A stretch of 64,000 bases of DNA. Source: a virus. How positions within the stretch are numbered: position 1 is the first letter of the stretch; each line of letters opens with the position of its first letter. A model generated the notes under the pieces. It was given only the letters and a program-made list of their open reading frames with translations, ran no database searches and was not told the DNA's origin. The DNA is taken from positions 1 through 64,000 of IMG/VR virus record IMGVR_UViG_3300042888_000931. The stretch is one strand, 5' to 3'. Positions 46,674 through 57,366 of this stretch are shown in pieces. A program made the position numbers and the translations under genes.

Positions 46674-49600
46674 TGTTTGAGGACAAAGACTTAAAAGCAT
46701 TTTTAGAGACTGCTGATACTGTTAGAAATAAGTCAGCAGTTATCGCAGAAATAAATATGAATAGGGCAACCAATATTAAGCATATTGGAAACTACAGATA
46801 CAGACCCACTCAACCAACATCCATATATTCTTCTTTGCCAACAAGTTTTGATATCAATGATGCTGGAAATTTTTATACAGGAGCAACTGATGCAGATGTT
46901 TTGATTGATGGAACATTTGAAAATGATAATACTCCAACTACATTTTTAACTAAAAAAGAAAAAACACAAACCCTGTATTCTTTAGAAAGTTGCTTTGAAA
47001 GATTTAGACCAAGGTCTGGAATAAACAAGGCAGTTTATTTTGAAAATGGAAAACTTCACTATCCTAATATGTTTATGGCAGATAGGCCTAGATACTATAT
47101 GCCAGACAAAAAGGATAAGTTTAAATACTGGACATCCTACAGATCCGAAACTAGATACAAATACACATACAATGATTCTTCTATTTCTTATGGGTTTAGT
47201 GAAAAATTTATTGACAAAGACAATACAGAGAAAAAGGGTGTGGCAGAAAATTCTGAGTATGGAATTTCTTCAAAGGTAAGTGGTGTTAGCAATGCAATAG
47301 AAGATGCTTGTCCTTTCGTGGTGTATAAAGATCAGATACCAACAAACAGAATTGTAGTAAAGATGCAAACTCATACTGGTACTGAAGACCTAGGACCATT
47401 CTCATCTTCAACAGGATCATTTACTGATCCATTTTATGGAGAGGTAAATCAAAAAGTTCCAAGCAGATGGAAGATTCAATTCTTAAAAGATAATAACTGG
47501 CAAGATGTTATTTCTTTTGATCCATCAAAAAGAAGAAAAGATGGTTCTGCAATTATTAAAAGCGATGGCTATGTCGAGATTGCTTATGGGTTCATTGTCC
47601 CAGATGAATGGATAACTAGATTTGTTTTTGCAGAGGTATACTCAAGCGAGACACTCCTTCCTGAGCAGTCTGTAACTGGTTATGCATATCTTATTAAAGA
47701 AAATGAAAATGACATAGGCAAGTACTATATCTGGAACGAAACAGACTATGAAATCATAACTCCAAAATATGGATGGTATGTACAGGATGAGACTGTTGAC
47801 AGACTAACTAACTTTGTTACAGATGCTACATCTCCAGATAATTTTATAACACCTTTAAACAATAAAGTTCAGTATAGAGAGTTTGAGTATATTTCTGGAA
47901 TTAGAATTGTTGTAGACACAATGACTTCAAAAGATTCGACATTCGATCTTATTGAAATGTCTCCAAGACTTGTAATGAATCTTTCTGATAAGGTTATAAA
48001 TTATTCAATTAACAAGAGTGCATCTGACCTAGGACTAAGCGGTTTGCCAGTTGGTCAACTAGTTGCATCAAATGGAAGCGTAAGTATATTTGATCATGAT
48101 CAAGCATTCAATGATAACAATCCAGCAAGCATCATAGCAAAATATGTAGATAGCCACGTACAGTTTAAGTTTTATGAAATTATCATAAACGTTAAAGGTT
48201 GGGACTACTGGGTTCCAATGAAGACGTTGTACTCAGATTCGTTTCCAAAAACAGATCTAGAAAATAAAAAAATCTCAATAACACTAAGAGATATGTATTG
48301 GTATTTAGAATCAATTACAGCACCAGAAATCCTAATGACAGAAGTGTCAGTTAGTTCTGCCGTATCTCTACTACTAGACAGTATTGGGTTTTCTAACTAC
48401 ACTTTTAGAAGAGTTTTAAATGAAAAGGAAATGATCATGCCATTCTTTTTTGTTGCTCCAGACAAAAGCGTTGCTCAAGTACTACAAGATTTAGCAGTAT
48501 CAACACAAACAGCAATGTTCTTTGACGAATATAATAACTTTGTTATGATGAGCAAAGACTACATAATGCCAACCAGGGAGCAGAGACCAACAACTTTTGC
48601 ACTTAAAGGAACGAACGATCTATATGAAGACAACGAAATTAAGAACAAGACAACAGATGAATCTAAACTGTCAAACATCATTTCAGTCTCAAATGAATCA
48701 AACGCTATTTACAACGGAGGATCGATAAACTATACTGTAAGACATATTCAGAGATCTATCGGAACTCTAAGACAAGCAAGTCTTTTAGAAGATGAAAGAA
48801 TGTATGCTTATAAGCCAGCCCTGCTTTGGGAAGTATCTGGTACTGAAAATACAAAGTCAATCAACAATGAAGTTGGAACACAGTCTTCATACGTCCTTGC
48901 TGCGATACCTTTAAACTCAAACCTGTCAGACAAGGTTCCAGAAGTAAAAAACGGTATCGTAATAAATAATACCTTCAGCCTAGGAGAAGCAGTATACTGG
49001 ATAACAAGATACAACGGATACTTCTACTCTAGTGGAGAGGTAATTAAATATGACGCAGTTCAATATAATGTTACTGGGTTTGGCAATGTTTGGATCTCGT
49101 CCGTTGAAGAGTACCAGAATTATTTCTCTAAGTTGCCATTTAATGGAAAGATCTATCCTACTGGTCTTGTAAGAATTTACTCTGTGCCTAATTACTTTGA
49201 GCAAGAGGGAGTTATCAAACTTAAGAATGGCCCAGTAGCAAAGCATGGTCGTGGTCAGTTTGGAACAACAGTTGTAGAACATTCTGCTGGAATATCTGAT
49301 TACTGGAAATCTGATGACAACGTAAAGGGGTGCTCTATGGCCTCAGAATATTTGTTTGAAACAAAAACTGATTCTCCAGTAACCACTGTTGCATCAGCAG
49401 GAAAGACATTAATCACTGGCATTTCATCAGATGCCCTAGCAAGAACTTCAACAAGAACAGGACTTATCAAAAATTTCTTATCAACTTCTTTAACAGGAGA
49501 AATAACCACAAAGACTCAACAAGTTCCTGGCTCTGTGCAGTCATCAGCATTCTCTTTGACTGGTCCAAATTTTACAACAAAAGATAAGCCAAGAGATTTT

Positions 49601-51061
49601 ATATCTTATGTTCACAAGCCTCTAACAGATAAAAAATACAAGCACTTTGGTACAAGAGTTAGACTAATTGGTAAAATAGAAAACAATCAAGACAGAGGTC
49701 AAACTGCCAATGGCGCAGCAGCATACTATGTTGTAAATGGATCTACACCAGACAAGAATGTTACAATCTCTGGAGGTTCTGCTGGAATAGCAGTAATGCT
49801 AAATCCAACCACAAATGTAGGGTATTACTTTGAAATTGCAGCACTTGGTTTGAACAAGTTGTCAGAAAGAGAAAAGCAAAATGTTCAAAATGTTTTATTC
49901 TATAAGGTTAAATCTGATGCTGGTAAAGCAATTCCAGTCCCCCTATACAAGGGTCTGGCTAAAATTATTGTAGATGATGGTAGGTTCACTGGACAGTCAA
50001 GACTGTTTGCTGAAGAAAATCCGACGGTATATGATTTAGCAGTTGAGTATGAGAACATAGGAAAGATAAGAAGATTCTACCTATACATAAACGGAACCAT
50101 GGTAAAGACAGTGGATGATCCAGATCCGCTACCAGAGTACTCTGATATTGCCCTATTTACTAGAGGTTCCTCAAGAGCAATGTTTGAGAATGTCTATGCC
50201 TTGTCCAACAACTACTCTCAAAATACATCATTCTCTTTGGGCACAATCGCTAACTCTGTTTTTGCAGACTCTGATATTGATGCAAGCAATTCTTTTAGAA
50301 AGTATGCCTTAAGTGGTCTTATCCAAAATACCTACCTTACTGGAATTGGATCTTCAGAGCCACCAAAATACAATATTTATTTTGAAGAATTTGGAAGCAT
50401 AATGCGAGAAGTAGCAGAATTTAGTTTTAGATATGACAAGGCCTTCCCAGCCCTTACTGCAAAAATTTCTCCTACCTTTAATAATATAAAAGGTTTTGTT
50501 ATCTCTGGCTTCAGGGCAGGATCCTACGGAGCAGAGTTCTTGGTGTTTAATGCAACAGACACTGCCCTCAACCTAGATGAGACTAGTGGAAACTATTTAA
50601 GAATTCAGGGAATTACTTTTACTCAGCAGTCAAACAATACTTTGACAGTTGATCAATATTTTACAAAGAATAGTCTTATGTCAGATCCAAAGTTTGTTGC
50701 AGATAAGTTAATTTCAAATCCGTTCAAGTTTAAACTAGACTATGAAGATATCAAGTTTAGCAGAATGCAACACGGCAAAAAAGATTTTTCTTTAGACGCA
50801 GCCTATATTCAGTCACAAGATGAAGCATCAGAGTTGATGAAGTGGATTGTTACAAAAATATCAAAACCAAGAAAGTCTTTAGGAGTTAAGATATTCTCTA
50901 TCCCAACTATTCAACTTGGAGATATAGTAACTTTAGACTATAAAGAAAATGGAATAGACATTGCAGCAAATTCATCTAACCGATTTGTTGTATACAACAT
51001 TGACTTTTCAAGAACTTCCAACGGCCCAGAAATGCAATTGTTCTTAAGTGAGGTGATCTAA
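46673..51061 (+). CDS. Large tail tip/baseplate hub protein
   Basis: 1462 aa; LQDLAVSTQTAMFFDEYN and C-terminal PTIQLGDIV hub-like motifs. Confidence 0.65.
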   Translation: MFEDKDLKAFLETADTVRNKSAVIAEINMNRATNIKHIGNYRYRPTQPTSIYSSLPTSFDINDAGNFYTGATDADVLIDGTFENDNTPTTFLTKKEKTQTLYSLESCFERFRPRSGINKAVYFENGKLHYPNMFMADRPRYYMPDKKDKFKYWTSYRSETRYKYTYNDSSISYGFSEKFIDKDNTEKKGVAENSEYGISSKVSGVSNAIEDACPFVVYKDQIPTNRIVVKMQTHTGTEDLGPFSSSTGSFTDPFYGEVNQKVPSRWKIQFLKDNNWQDVISFDPSKRRKDGSAIIKSDGYVEIAYGFIVPDEWITRFVFAEVYSSETLLPEQSVTGYAYLIKENENDIGKYYIWNETDYEIITPKYGWYVQDETVDRLTNFVTDATSPDNFITPLNNKVQYREFEYISGIRIVVDTMTSKDSTFDLIEMSPRLVMNLSDKVINYSINKSASDLGLSGLPVGQLVASNGSVSIFDHDQAFNDNNPASIIAKYVDSHVQFKFYEIIINVKGWDYWVPMKTLYSDSFPKTDLENKKISITLRDMYWYLESITAPEILMTEVSVSSAVSLLLDSIGFSNYTFRRVLNEKEMIMPFFFVAPDKSVAQVLQDLAVSTQTAMFFDEYNNFVMMSKDYIMPTREQRPTTFALKGTNDLYEDNEIKNKTTDESKLSNIISVSNESNAIYNGGSINYTVRHIQRSIGTLRQASLLEDERMYAYKPALLWEVSGTENTKSINNEVGTQSSYVLAAIPLNSNLSDKVPEVKNGIVINNTFSLGEAVYWITRYNGYFYSSGEVIKYDAVQYNVTGFGNVWISSVEEYQNYFSKLPFNGKIYPTGLVRIYSVPNYFEQEGVIKLKNGPVAKHGRGQFGTTVVEHSAGISDYWKSDDNVKGCSMASEYLFETKTDSPVTTVASAGKTLITGISSDALARTSTRTGLIKNFLSTSLTGEITTKTQQVPGSVQSSAFSLTGPNFTTKDKPRDFISYVHKPLTDKKYKHFGTRVRLIGKIENNQDRGQTANGAAAYYVVNGSTPDKNVTISGGSAGIAVMLNPTTNVGYYFEIAALGLNKLSEREKQNVQNVLFYKVKSDAGKAIPVPLYKGLAKIIVDDGRFTGQSRLFAEENPTVYDLAVEYENIGKIRRFYLYINGTMVKTVDDPDPLPEYSDIALFTRGSSRAMFENVYALSNNYSQNTSFSLGTIANSVFADSDIDASNSFRKYALSGLIQNTYLTGIGSSEPPKYNIYFEEFGSIMREVAEFSFRYDKAFPALTAKISPTFNNIKGFVISGFRAGSYGAEFLVFNATDTALNLDETSGNYLRIQGITFTQQSNNTLTVDQYFTKNSLMSDPKFVADKLISNPFKFKLDYEDIKFSRMQHGKKDFSLDAAYIQSQDEASELMKWIVTKISKPRKSLGVKIFSIPTIQLGDIVTLDYKENGIDIAANSSNRFVVYNIDFSRTSNGPEMQLFLSEVI

Positions 51062-51597
51062 TGGCAGATACAAGCATGCCAGCAACAGCAGGGATTCCAT
51101 CCCCAGCCAAGACAAGCACATCTGATTCTGTAAAAATTGCAACACCTGATCTTCTTATATTTGGAGAGCAGGCTGTTGCTATTGAAATAATGACAGACCT
51201 TATCTTTGAAGATATAGGTGGGTTTGAACTTGCAACGATATCTAGACACGATTTGGTAAATGGTCAGACAGTAATCTATGCACCAATTAAAAACTTAACA
51301 GATCTTTATCTGCAGTATAATCCAAATAACGTATTAAGGCTTCAGTCTGCAGACTCATTCTTTAATTCCTTGGCTATAACGCTTGCTAATTACCTTCCAA
51401 AGTATGGCAATGGATATGACTTGGTTGGAACCAACCCAGACTTAACAAAAAGAGTAAAGGTCTATAATGGCAAAGCAATATACATCGATCCAATAAGCGG
51501 AGACCTTGTAATTAATCTAATAAACATAAAAGAAAATGAGCAGGTAGAGGTTGAAATCTTAACTGCTGGAGGTACTTTTGATGATACAATGTACTAA
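51061..51597 (+). CDS. Minor tail protein (hypothetical)
   Basis: Coupled ORF within the tail module. Confidence 0.55.
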   Translation: MADTSMPATAGIPSPAKTSTSDSVKIATPDLLIFGEQAVAIEIMTDLIFEDIGGFELATISRHDLVNGQTVIYAPIKNLTDLYLQYNPNNVLRLQSADSFFNSLAITLANYLPKYGNGYDLVGTNPDLTKRVKVYNGKAIYIDPISGDLVINLINIKENEQVEVEILTAGGTFDDTMY

Positions 51598-51608
51598 GGG
51601 AGCAATCA

Positions 51609-52772
51609 ATGATAACTAATGTAGGCAAAAATATCTTAGCAAAGTACCTTGTTGGACAGACAACATCTTATGCATCTCACATCGCTATAGGGTGTGGAAC
51701 AAATCCAGTGGCATCTGACTACACATTTAGTCCTGCCGAGTTACTGGCAATGAAAAATAGAGAATCCCTAGAGTTTGAAATGATCCGCATGCCTATTGTT
51801 TCTAGAGGCTTTGTTGATGAGGACGGAATATCAAAGGTTGTTCTAACTGCAGAACTTCCAACTCAAGAAAGATATGAAATTACAGAGGTAGGTATATTTT
51901 CTGCAGCATCAAACCCAGTAGCAGGAGCATTCGATAGCAGAGTTGTTTATTCTTTTTCAGACACCGACAACTGGCGATACAGTATTGATGGAGAATCTCC
52001 TACTAATATTTTTGTACAAAATGCTCCGCTAGATGGAGAAACAAATACTGGAAATATTATTCAGACACCAAAAGTTTTTGCAACAAATGCAGACAATAGA
52101 ATTTTTACAGACGAAGACAGAGTTGCCAGAAATGAAAGATGTAGATTTTTAAATAACATTATTGCAATGAGAGGCGACACATCGAGCCTTGGCTATAACC
52201 CACAAGGAAGCATGGTTCCTCTAACTGGTTCAGACTACATTATATTAGATCCTACATCTATAGATTTTACAAAGAATAGCCCATTAGATGAACTTCGTCT
52301 TGCATTTTCTATTGCTAACAAGACTGCAAACTCTCTAACTGTTCCAGACAACGTTAAAATACTTTTAGAGTTTTCTCACCCTGGAGCAAACTCAAGCATA
52401 CAGTATGCAAAGTTTCAAGTAGACATTGATGATACAGGATACGACAATGGGACGTCTGTAAACTCTCATGATTTTGAAAACAATAGATACGTCGTAGTAA
52501 ACAAAACTTTTCAAGAGTTAGACAAGAGTTTGAGATTTAGTTGGTCAGAAGTTAAAACAGCAAAGATTTATGCCACTATTACTAAAAACAATCTTCCATC
52601 TGATTCCTATTATGTTTGTCTGGATGCTCTGAGGGTTGAAAATAATACAGCAACAAACTCTCTCTATGGAATGACTGGGTACTCTGTAATTAAAAATGTA
52701 CAGTCTAGACCAATTATTAAATCAGCAAACACAACAAACTATATTGAGTTTAGATTTGCATTGGATGTTTAA
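51609..52772 (+). CDS. Minor tail/baseplate protein
   Basis: MITNVGK..LAKYL...IAIGCG and ITEVGIF motifs typical of tail-collar N-termini. Confidence 0.6.
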   Translation: MITNVGKNILAKYLVGQTTSYASHIAIGCGTNPVASDYTFSPAELLAMKNRESLEFEMIRMPIVSRGFVDEDGISKVVLTAELPTQERYEITEVGIFSAASNPVAGAFDSRVVYSFSDTDNWRYSIDGESPTNIFVQNAPLDGETNTGNIIQTPKVFATNADNRIFTDEDRVARNERCRFLNNIIAMRGDTSSLGYNPQGSMVPLTGSDYIILDPTSIDFTKNSPLDELRLAFSIANKTANSLTVPDNVKILLEFSHPGANSSIQYAKFQVDIDDTGYDNGTSVNSHDFENNRYVVVNKTFQELDKSLRFSWSEVKTAKIYATITKNNLPSDSYYVCLDALRVENNTATNSLYGMTGYSVIKNVQSRPIIKSANTTNYIEFRFALDV

Positions 52773-52774
52773 CA

Positions 52775-53212
52775 ATGGCAATTACACCAGACCCTGGAAT
52801 TAAAAATATTATTATTAAAAAGCAATCACTAGGAAAAGTGACAGAAAATAATAAAACTGTTTTAAGATTTAGAATAGTTGCAGAAGATAAGAACAGAAAG
52901 TCTGCCTATTCTCCAATAGTTTTTACTCAATCAGAGCAGGTTGAGGATGGAACTGGAGACCTAAGACAACTAGGAAACACTCTGATTCTCAGTTGGGATC
53001 CTGGCAACACTTCTACACAATTGCTATATGATGTTTTTGTTGGGTTTGACTCTGCTGAACCAACATATAAAGCAACAACTGGATCTACAAGTTATTCATT
53101 TTTAAAAACTGGAACAACCTCCGTTCGTGCTATTGTTCAGGTATCTTCAATTAACCCAAAGATAAATGTAGGGCTACAGATTTACGATTCTGGAACTGAG
53201 AGTCTGGTATAA
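52775..53212 (+). CDS. Minor virion protein (FN3-like C-terminus)
   Basis: LILSWD...YDVFV pattern. Confidence 0.5.
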   Translation: MAITPDPGIKNIIIKKQSLGKVTENNKTVLRFRIVAEDKNRKSAYSPIVFTQSEQVEDGTGDLRQLGNTLILSWDPGNTSTQLLYDVFVGFDSAEPTYKATTGSTSYSFLKTGTTSVRAIVQVSSINPKINVGLQIYDSGTESLV

Positions 53213-53219
53213 TTATATT

Positions 53220-53666
53220 ATGGCAATTTTACCTGTACCAGAACGAGGACAGCCCTTAGATGTAACCTACATTTATCAGATTGTTAAGGCTGTTAATGAT
53301 TTGTCAACTCAGGCTTCTACATCTATAAATAAGTATGTAACAGTAGACACTCCCAATGCAGGCAAGCAGAGTGTCAAGACTTCAGAGGCAAGAGTTATCG
53401 GTGGTTATGTTAGAGTTACAAATGGTGAAACCCAGACTGCTGGGTCAGCACTTCCATTTTCCTATTCTTTTCCAACTGAATTTAAGTTTACTCCAATCGT
53501 AACAGCAACCCCAGTGAACAATGCAATTGCCTCTACTGCAGGAAATGATGTTGTTGTCACCCTTTCTAGCGTAACTACCTCAAGCATAGAAGGATCAGTC
53601 AAGTTTAATGTTGGTGGAGTTTCAAGTGTTGGCGTTAACCTTATTGCAATAGGTATACCCAACTGA
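53220..53666 (+). CDS. Minor tail protein (H-type-lectin/gp53-like C-terminus)
   Basis: FPTEFKFTPIVTAT...VNLIAIG; leaderless-type promoter. Confidence 0.5.
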   Translation: MAILPVPERGQPLDVTYIYQIVKAVNDLSTQASTSINKYVTVDTPNAGKQSVKTSEARVIGGYVRVTNGETQTAGSALPFSYSFPTEFKFTPIVTATPVNNAIASTAGNDVVVTLSSVTTSSIEGSVKFNVGGVSSVGVNLIAIGIPN

Positions 53667-53857
53667 TGATTTTTTGTAAAAAATGTAAAGGTAGAATGTT
53701 TATAGACAGACAGTATACCGAAATAAACAATTTAGAAATGTACTGTATGTCTTGTGGAGCACGAGCATTCTTTCATCCACCAAGCAATTCTCAGGAGGGC
53801 CGATGGCTATTAAAAAGGGAACAATTGAGAGCGAAGGCTACAATGTCCTCCCTGTAA
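53666..53857 (+). CDS. Small zinc-ribbon protein
   Basis: CKKCKGRM...CMSCG. Confidence 0.65.
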   Translation: MIFCKKCKGRMFIDRQYTEINNLEMYCMSCGARAFFHPPSNSQEGRWLLKREQLRAKATMSSL

Positions 53858-54345
53858 TTCAAGGGAATAAAAAAGTCTGGTTCTTAAATGGAGACTTAGT
53901 AAGAGTCCATCACCTCAACAAGTCTAATGGGATTATGTCTGTTTACAATATCACAAAAGATCAGATTGAAAGTTGTTTAATTAGTGATTTTAAAAATAAA
54001 AGAGAACGGGCATACACTGTAGGGCAGACTGCTGATTTAGTTAATCGTCATAAAAAATATATGCCATCACTAATGAAACGAAGAGTCATTCCTTTTCCAA
54101 CGGGATCTCAAAAGGGTGGAGCAAGAGGATTTCAAGTAAGATCGTATTACTCAGAATCGCAAGTCAGAGAGATACGTGATATACTTGCTTCATACCATAT
54201 TGGTAGACCAAGAAAAGATAAATTAATAACTAATGATATTACGCCCAGCAAGCAAGAGTTGACACGCAGGATGGGCGATGGTATACTTACATATACGAGA
54301 ACAGAAGATGGACGGTTTGTTCCCATTTGGGGCGAATCTATTTAA
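53803..54345 (+). CDS. Putative DNA-binding protein (MerR-like HTH)
   Basis: AGGAGG RBS before the ATG at 53803; YTVGQTADLVNRH...YYSESQVREI pattern. Confidence 0.55.
   Translation: MAIKKGTIESEGYNVLPVIQGNKKVWFLNGDLVRVHHLNKSNGIMSVYNITKDQIESCLISDFKNKRERAYTVGQTADLVNRHKKYMPSLMKRRVIPFPTGSQKGGARGFQVRSYYSESQVREIRDILASYHIGRPRKDKLITNDITPSKQELTRRMGDGILTYTRTEDGRFVPIWGESI
54259..54287 (+). promoter_or_regulatory. Consensus sigma70/HrdB-type promoter for the replication module
   Basis: TTGACA (54259-64), 17 nt spacer, TATACT (54282-87) with TG extension. Confidence 0.8.
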
Positions 54346-54358
54346 CGAAGGGTATAAA

Positions 54359-54592
54359 ATGCAAAACGATTCAGGATATGTAGTAACAAATGAACCAACA
54401 AAAGTATCCGTTACACTGGGATACACACTTAATCTAGGAAATTTTCAATCACTAAGACTTGACCTTGGTGTTGTAGACTCAAAGCGTGATGGAGAGAATA
54501 CAGATCAGGCTTTTGAGCGTGTGTACAAGTTTGTTGAAGACAAACTAACTGCCAAGATTTTAGAAGCACAATCCGAGGCTGAAGAAAAGTAA
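54359..54592 (+). CDS. Conserved hypothetical phage protein
   Basis: VSVTLGYTLNLGNFQSLRLD; downstream of the 54259 promoter. Confidence 0.6.
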   Translation: MQNDSGYVVTNEPTKVSVTLGYTLNLGNFQSLRLDLGVVDSKRDGENTDQAFERVYKFVEDKLTAKILEAQSEAEEK

Positions 54593-54900
54593 TGGCTGAA
54601 CGCAAAGACCGTATGGCTTTGCTTTCAAGATACAGCAAGTATCATACCGCAAGGTACGAATCAAAGCCATCTCTAAACCTGAATGTAGAACAGTGGGCAT
54701 CTGATGCTCTTATTGAATCCTACACACTGCCAGGATGCTACGATATACTTGAGTACTACTTTGCTGTTTCAGAAACCCCATCGTGGAATTACTTTGCATA
54801 CAATGCAGAGAAAATATTACAGGCAAAAAAGGATAGACTAAAAGATAGTCAAGAAAGAGCAGAGCGTAGACGAATGGCAAAGGAGTGGCTAAGTGAATAA
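54592..54900 (+). CDS. Hypothetical protein (possible helicase partner)
   Basis: Coupled ORF directly before dnaB. Confidence 0.55.
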   Translation: MAERKDRMALLSRYSKYHTARYESKPSLNLNVEQWASDALIESYTLPGCYDILEYYFAVSETPSWNYFAYNAEKILQAKKDRLKDSQERAERRRMAKEWLSE

Positions 54901-56113
54901 TACAGAGTCAAAACTAATTACTGCTGTTCTTCAGGATAAGCAGATCCATGTTCTGCTACAGGCAAACGTAGATACATTACTTAGAACTCACGGAGATATT
55001 TGGAATTTTGTAAGACTTTATTTTGAGAATAACTCGTCTCTTCCTCCAGTAGATTTGGTAAGAGAAAAGTTTCGTGACTTTGATCCAGTTCCAGGTGTTG
55101 GTGCTACCAAGCATCACCTTGAAGAGTTGCAAGGAGAATACTTAAGGGATAGTCTAAAAGATATCTTAAGGTCTGCTGCAACTGATGTTCAGCAAGGCGA
55201 GGGTGGTAAAGCCCTAGAAGGACTTATTACAAAAACCTCAGAACTAAAAAAGAATACTGCTGCTATTCGTGATATTGATGTAACAGATCTAGAGTCTGCG
55301 ATTGCTTACTTTGAAAATGTAAAGAAGCAACAAGCCCTAGGTCATATTGGCATCAAGACTGGCTTGCCAGGATTTGATAACTATCTGCCATCTGGAATTA
55401 TGCCAGGGCAGTTAGGAGTCTTCTTGGCATACCCAGGTATAGGAAAGTCCTGGTTAGCCCTGTACTTCGCTGTACAGGCCTGGAAACAGGGTAAGACACC
55501 CCTTGTAATCTCTCTTGAGATGTCTGAGACAGAAGTCAGAAACCGTGTCTTTACCATTATGGGAGAAGGTCGTTGGTCTCACAGAAAGATTAGTAATGGC
55601 GAGATTGAGATTGATATGCTAAAGGAATGGCATGCAAAGAATCTTCAAGGCAAGCCAGAGTTTCACATTATCTCAAACGATCAGGGTGGAGAAATTAACC
55701 CTTCTGTTCTTCGTGGAAAGATTGACCAGTACAAGCCAGACTTTGTAATCGTTGACTACCTTCAGTTGATGGCTCCTAATCAGAAGTCAGATAATGAAAC
55801 GGTACGAATGAAGAACCTTTCACGAGAACTTAAACTAATGGCTATTGGTGAAGAGGTTCCTATTATTGCTATCTCATCTGCTACACCAGATGACGTTAAT
55901 GACCTATCTACCGTCCCTACCCTGGGCCAAACGGCATGGTCTAGACAGATTGCCTACGATGCTGACTGGGTCCTTGCCCTAGGCCGTGGGACTAATAGTG
56001 ACATCATTGAGTGTGCCTTTAGGAAGAATCGTAATGGTTTTATGGGAGACTTCTTAGTCCAGTGCGACTTTGACAAGGGATACTACAGGTATAAAGACTT
56101 TGAAGATAAGTAG
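54893..56113 (+). CDS. dnaB: Replicative DnaB-like helicase
   Basis: AYPGIGKS Walker A, SLEMS, VDYLQLM, IAYDAD, KNRNG. Confidence 0.92.
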   Translation: MNNTESKLITAVLQDKQIHVLLQANVDTLLRTHGDIWNFVRLYFENNSSLPPVDLVREKFRDFDPVPGVGATKHHLEELQGEYLRDSLKDILRSAATDVQQGEGGKALEGLITKTSELKKNTAAIRDIDVTDLESAIAYFENVKKQQALGHIGIKTGLPGFDNYLPSGIMPGQLGVFLAYPGIGKSWLALYFAVQAWKQGKTPLVISLEMSETEVRNRVFTIMGEGRWSHRKISNGEIEIDMLKEWHAKNLQGKPEFHIISNDQGGEINPSVLRGKIDQYKPDFVIVDYLQLMAPNQKSDNETVRMKNLSRELKLMAIGEEVPIIAISSATPDDVNDLSTVPTLGQTAWSRQIAYDADWVLALGRGTNSDIIECAFRKNRNGFMGDFLVQCDFDKGYYRYKDFEDK

Positions 56114-56125
56114 GTATAATATGGT

Positions 56126-56497
56126 ATGTCAAAAACCAAGGAGAACATACCTCCAGATTTCTATCACCACAAGCCACTTAAAAAGTTTTACATAAGTGGG
56201 ATAATCCAAGATGAGGCCTTGCTTGGAAGATTAAAGATAGAGTACGTAAGACTATTAGTTTCAGAAATGAGGTTGAGTGGGTATGTTCCAAGAATTGACC
56301 TTGACCCAGACTTCACCTTACTGTATAATGATAGTAAAGACTTTTTTGAATTTGAATTATCTGTACACGGAGTTTACGCAGGGAAAAGGAAGAGCGAATG
56401 CATAGCAGGGGTAGACGGGACCAATCCAGTCCTTATACAGCCGAGCAAGTCAAGCGAGTCATCACTGGATCAGGCACAACAATCGAGTCAGAACTAG
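56126..56497 (+). CDS. Hypothetical protein
   Basis: TATAAT 5 nt before the ATG; 3' end overlaps the primase ORF. Confidence 0.55.
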   Translation: MSKTKENIPPDFYHHKPLKKFYISGIIQDEALLGRLKIEYVRLLVSEMRLSGYVPRIDLDPDFTLLYNDSKDFFEFELSVHGVYAGKRKSECIAGVDGTNPVLIQPSKSSESSLDQAQQSSQN

Positions 56498-57342
56498 ATG
56501 CTGACTTTATAATCTTTTGTCCATTTCACAACAATCATAGAACTCCAGCAGGAGAAGTGCACAAGACCAACGGAATGTTCTTTTGTTTTTCATGTCAGAA
56601 GTCTGCAGATCTAATAGAGTTAGTAATGCACACATCTAACAGGACATATTTTGAAGCAGCAAGATTCATAAAGAGCAAAGAAAAAGAAAGTAATCTTGCA
56701 GTCGAGATTGACCGTGCCTTAGTAAAAGAAGAACAGTACAAGCCATTTGATGAATTGATTATCAAAAGACTTCACAATAATCTTATTTCATCTGACAGGG
56801 CCAAGAGTTATTTTCAATATCGAAAACTAACTAAGCACTCTTGCGAGAAGTTTGTTTTAGGATATTCTGAAAAGCAGGATATGGTTACTGTACCAGTGCA
56901 CAGTCCAGACGGAGTTCCTATTGGATTTGTTGGAAGGTCTATTGAGGGCAAAGACTTTAAGAATACTCCAGGGCTTCCTAAAAGCAAAACTCTTTTTAAC
57001 TTGCATCGTGTCAAGAAATCTGATATAGTATATGTTGTAGAGTCTTCATTTGATGTGATCAGGCTTGACCAATTAGGAATTCCTGCAGTCGCAACACTAG
57101 GTGCAAACGTTTCAGGAAAACAAATAGAATTGCTTCAAAAGTATTTCAATAACATTCTTGTTATTGCAGATAATGATGAGGCAGGAGGAAACATGAAAGA
57201 CAGGATAATTGAAAAACTTGGATCTCGTGTATCTGTTGTACAACTAAATACAAAATATAAAGACATAGGCGATATGCCAGATGAAGAAATTAAAGACTTA
57301 AGTTCTTCGTTTGACAAAACCATAGAGTCTATGCTAAACTAA
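56398..57342 (+). CDS. dnaG: DNA primase (Zn-binding + TOPRIM)
   Basis: CPFH...CFSC, GFVGR, VESSFD, ADNDEAG, KDIGD. The exact start is uncertain. Confidence 0.88.
   Translation: MHSRGRRDQSSPYTAEQVKRVITGSGTTIESELDADFIIFCPFHNNHRTPAGEVHKTNGMFFCFSCQKSADLIELVMHTSNRTYFEAARFIKSKEKESNLAVEIDRALVKEEQYKPFDELIIKRLHNNLISSDRAKSYFQYRKLTKHSCEKFVLGYSEKQDMVTVPVHSPDGVPIGFVGRSIEGKDFKNTPGLPKSKTLFNLHRVKKSDIVYVVESSFDVIRLDQLGIPAVATLGANVSGKQIELLQKYFNNILVIADNDEAGGNMKDRIIEKLGSRVSVVQLNTKYKDIGDMPDEEIKDLSSSFDKTIESMLN
57311..57340 (+). promoter_or_regulatory. Promoter for ssb/dnaE
   Basis: TTGACA (57311-16), 18 nt spacer, TAAACT with TG extension. Confidence 0.6.
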
Positions 57343-57366
57343 TACAAACACACAAAGGAGAAAAAT

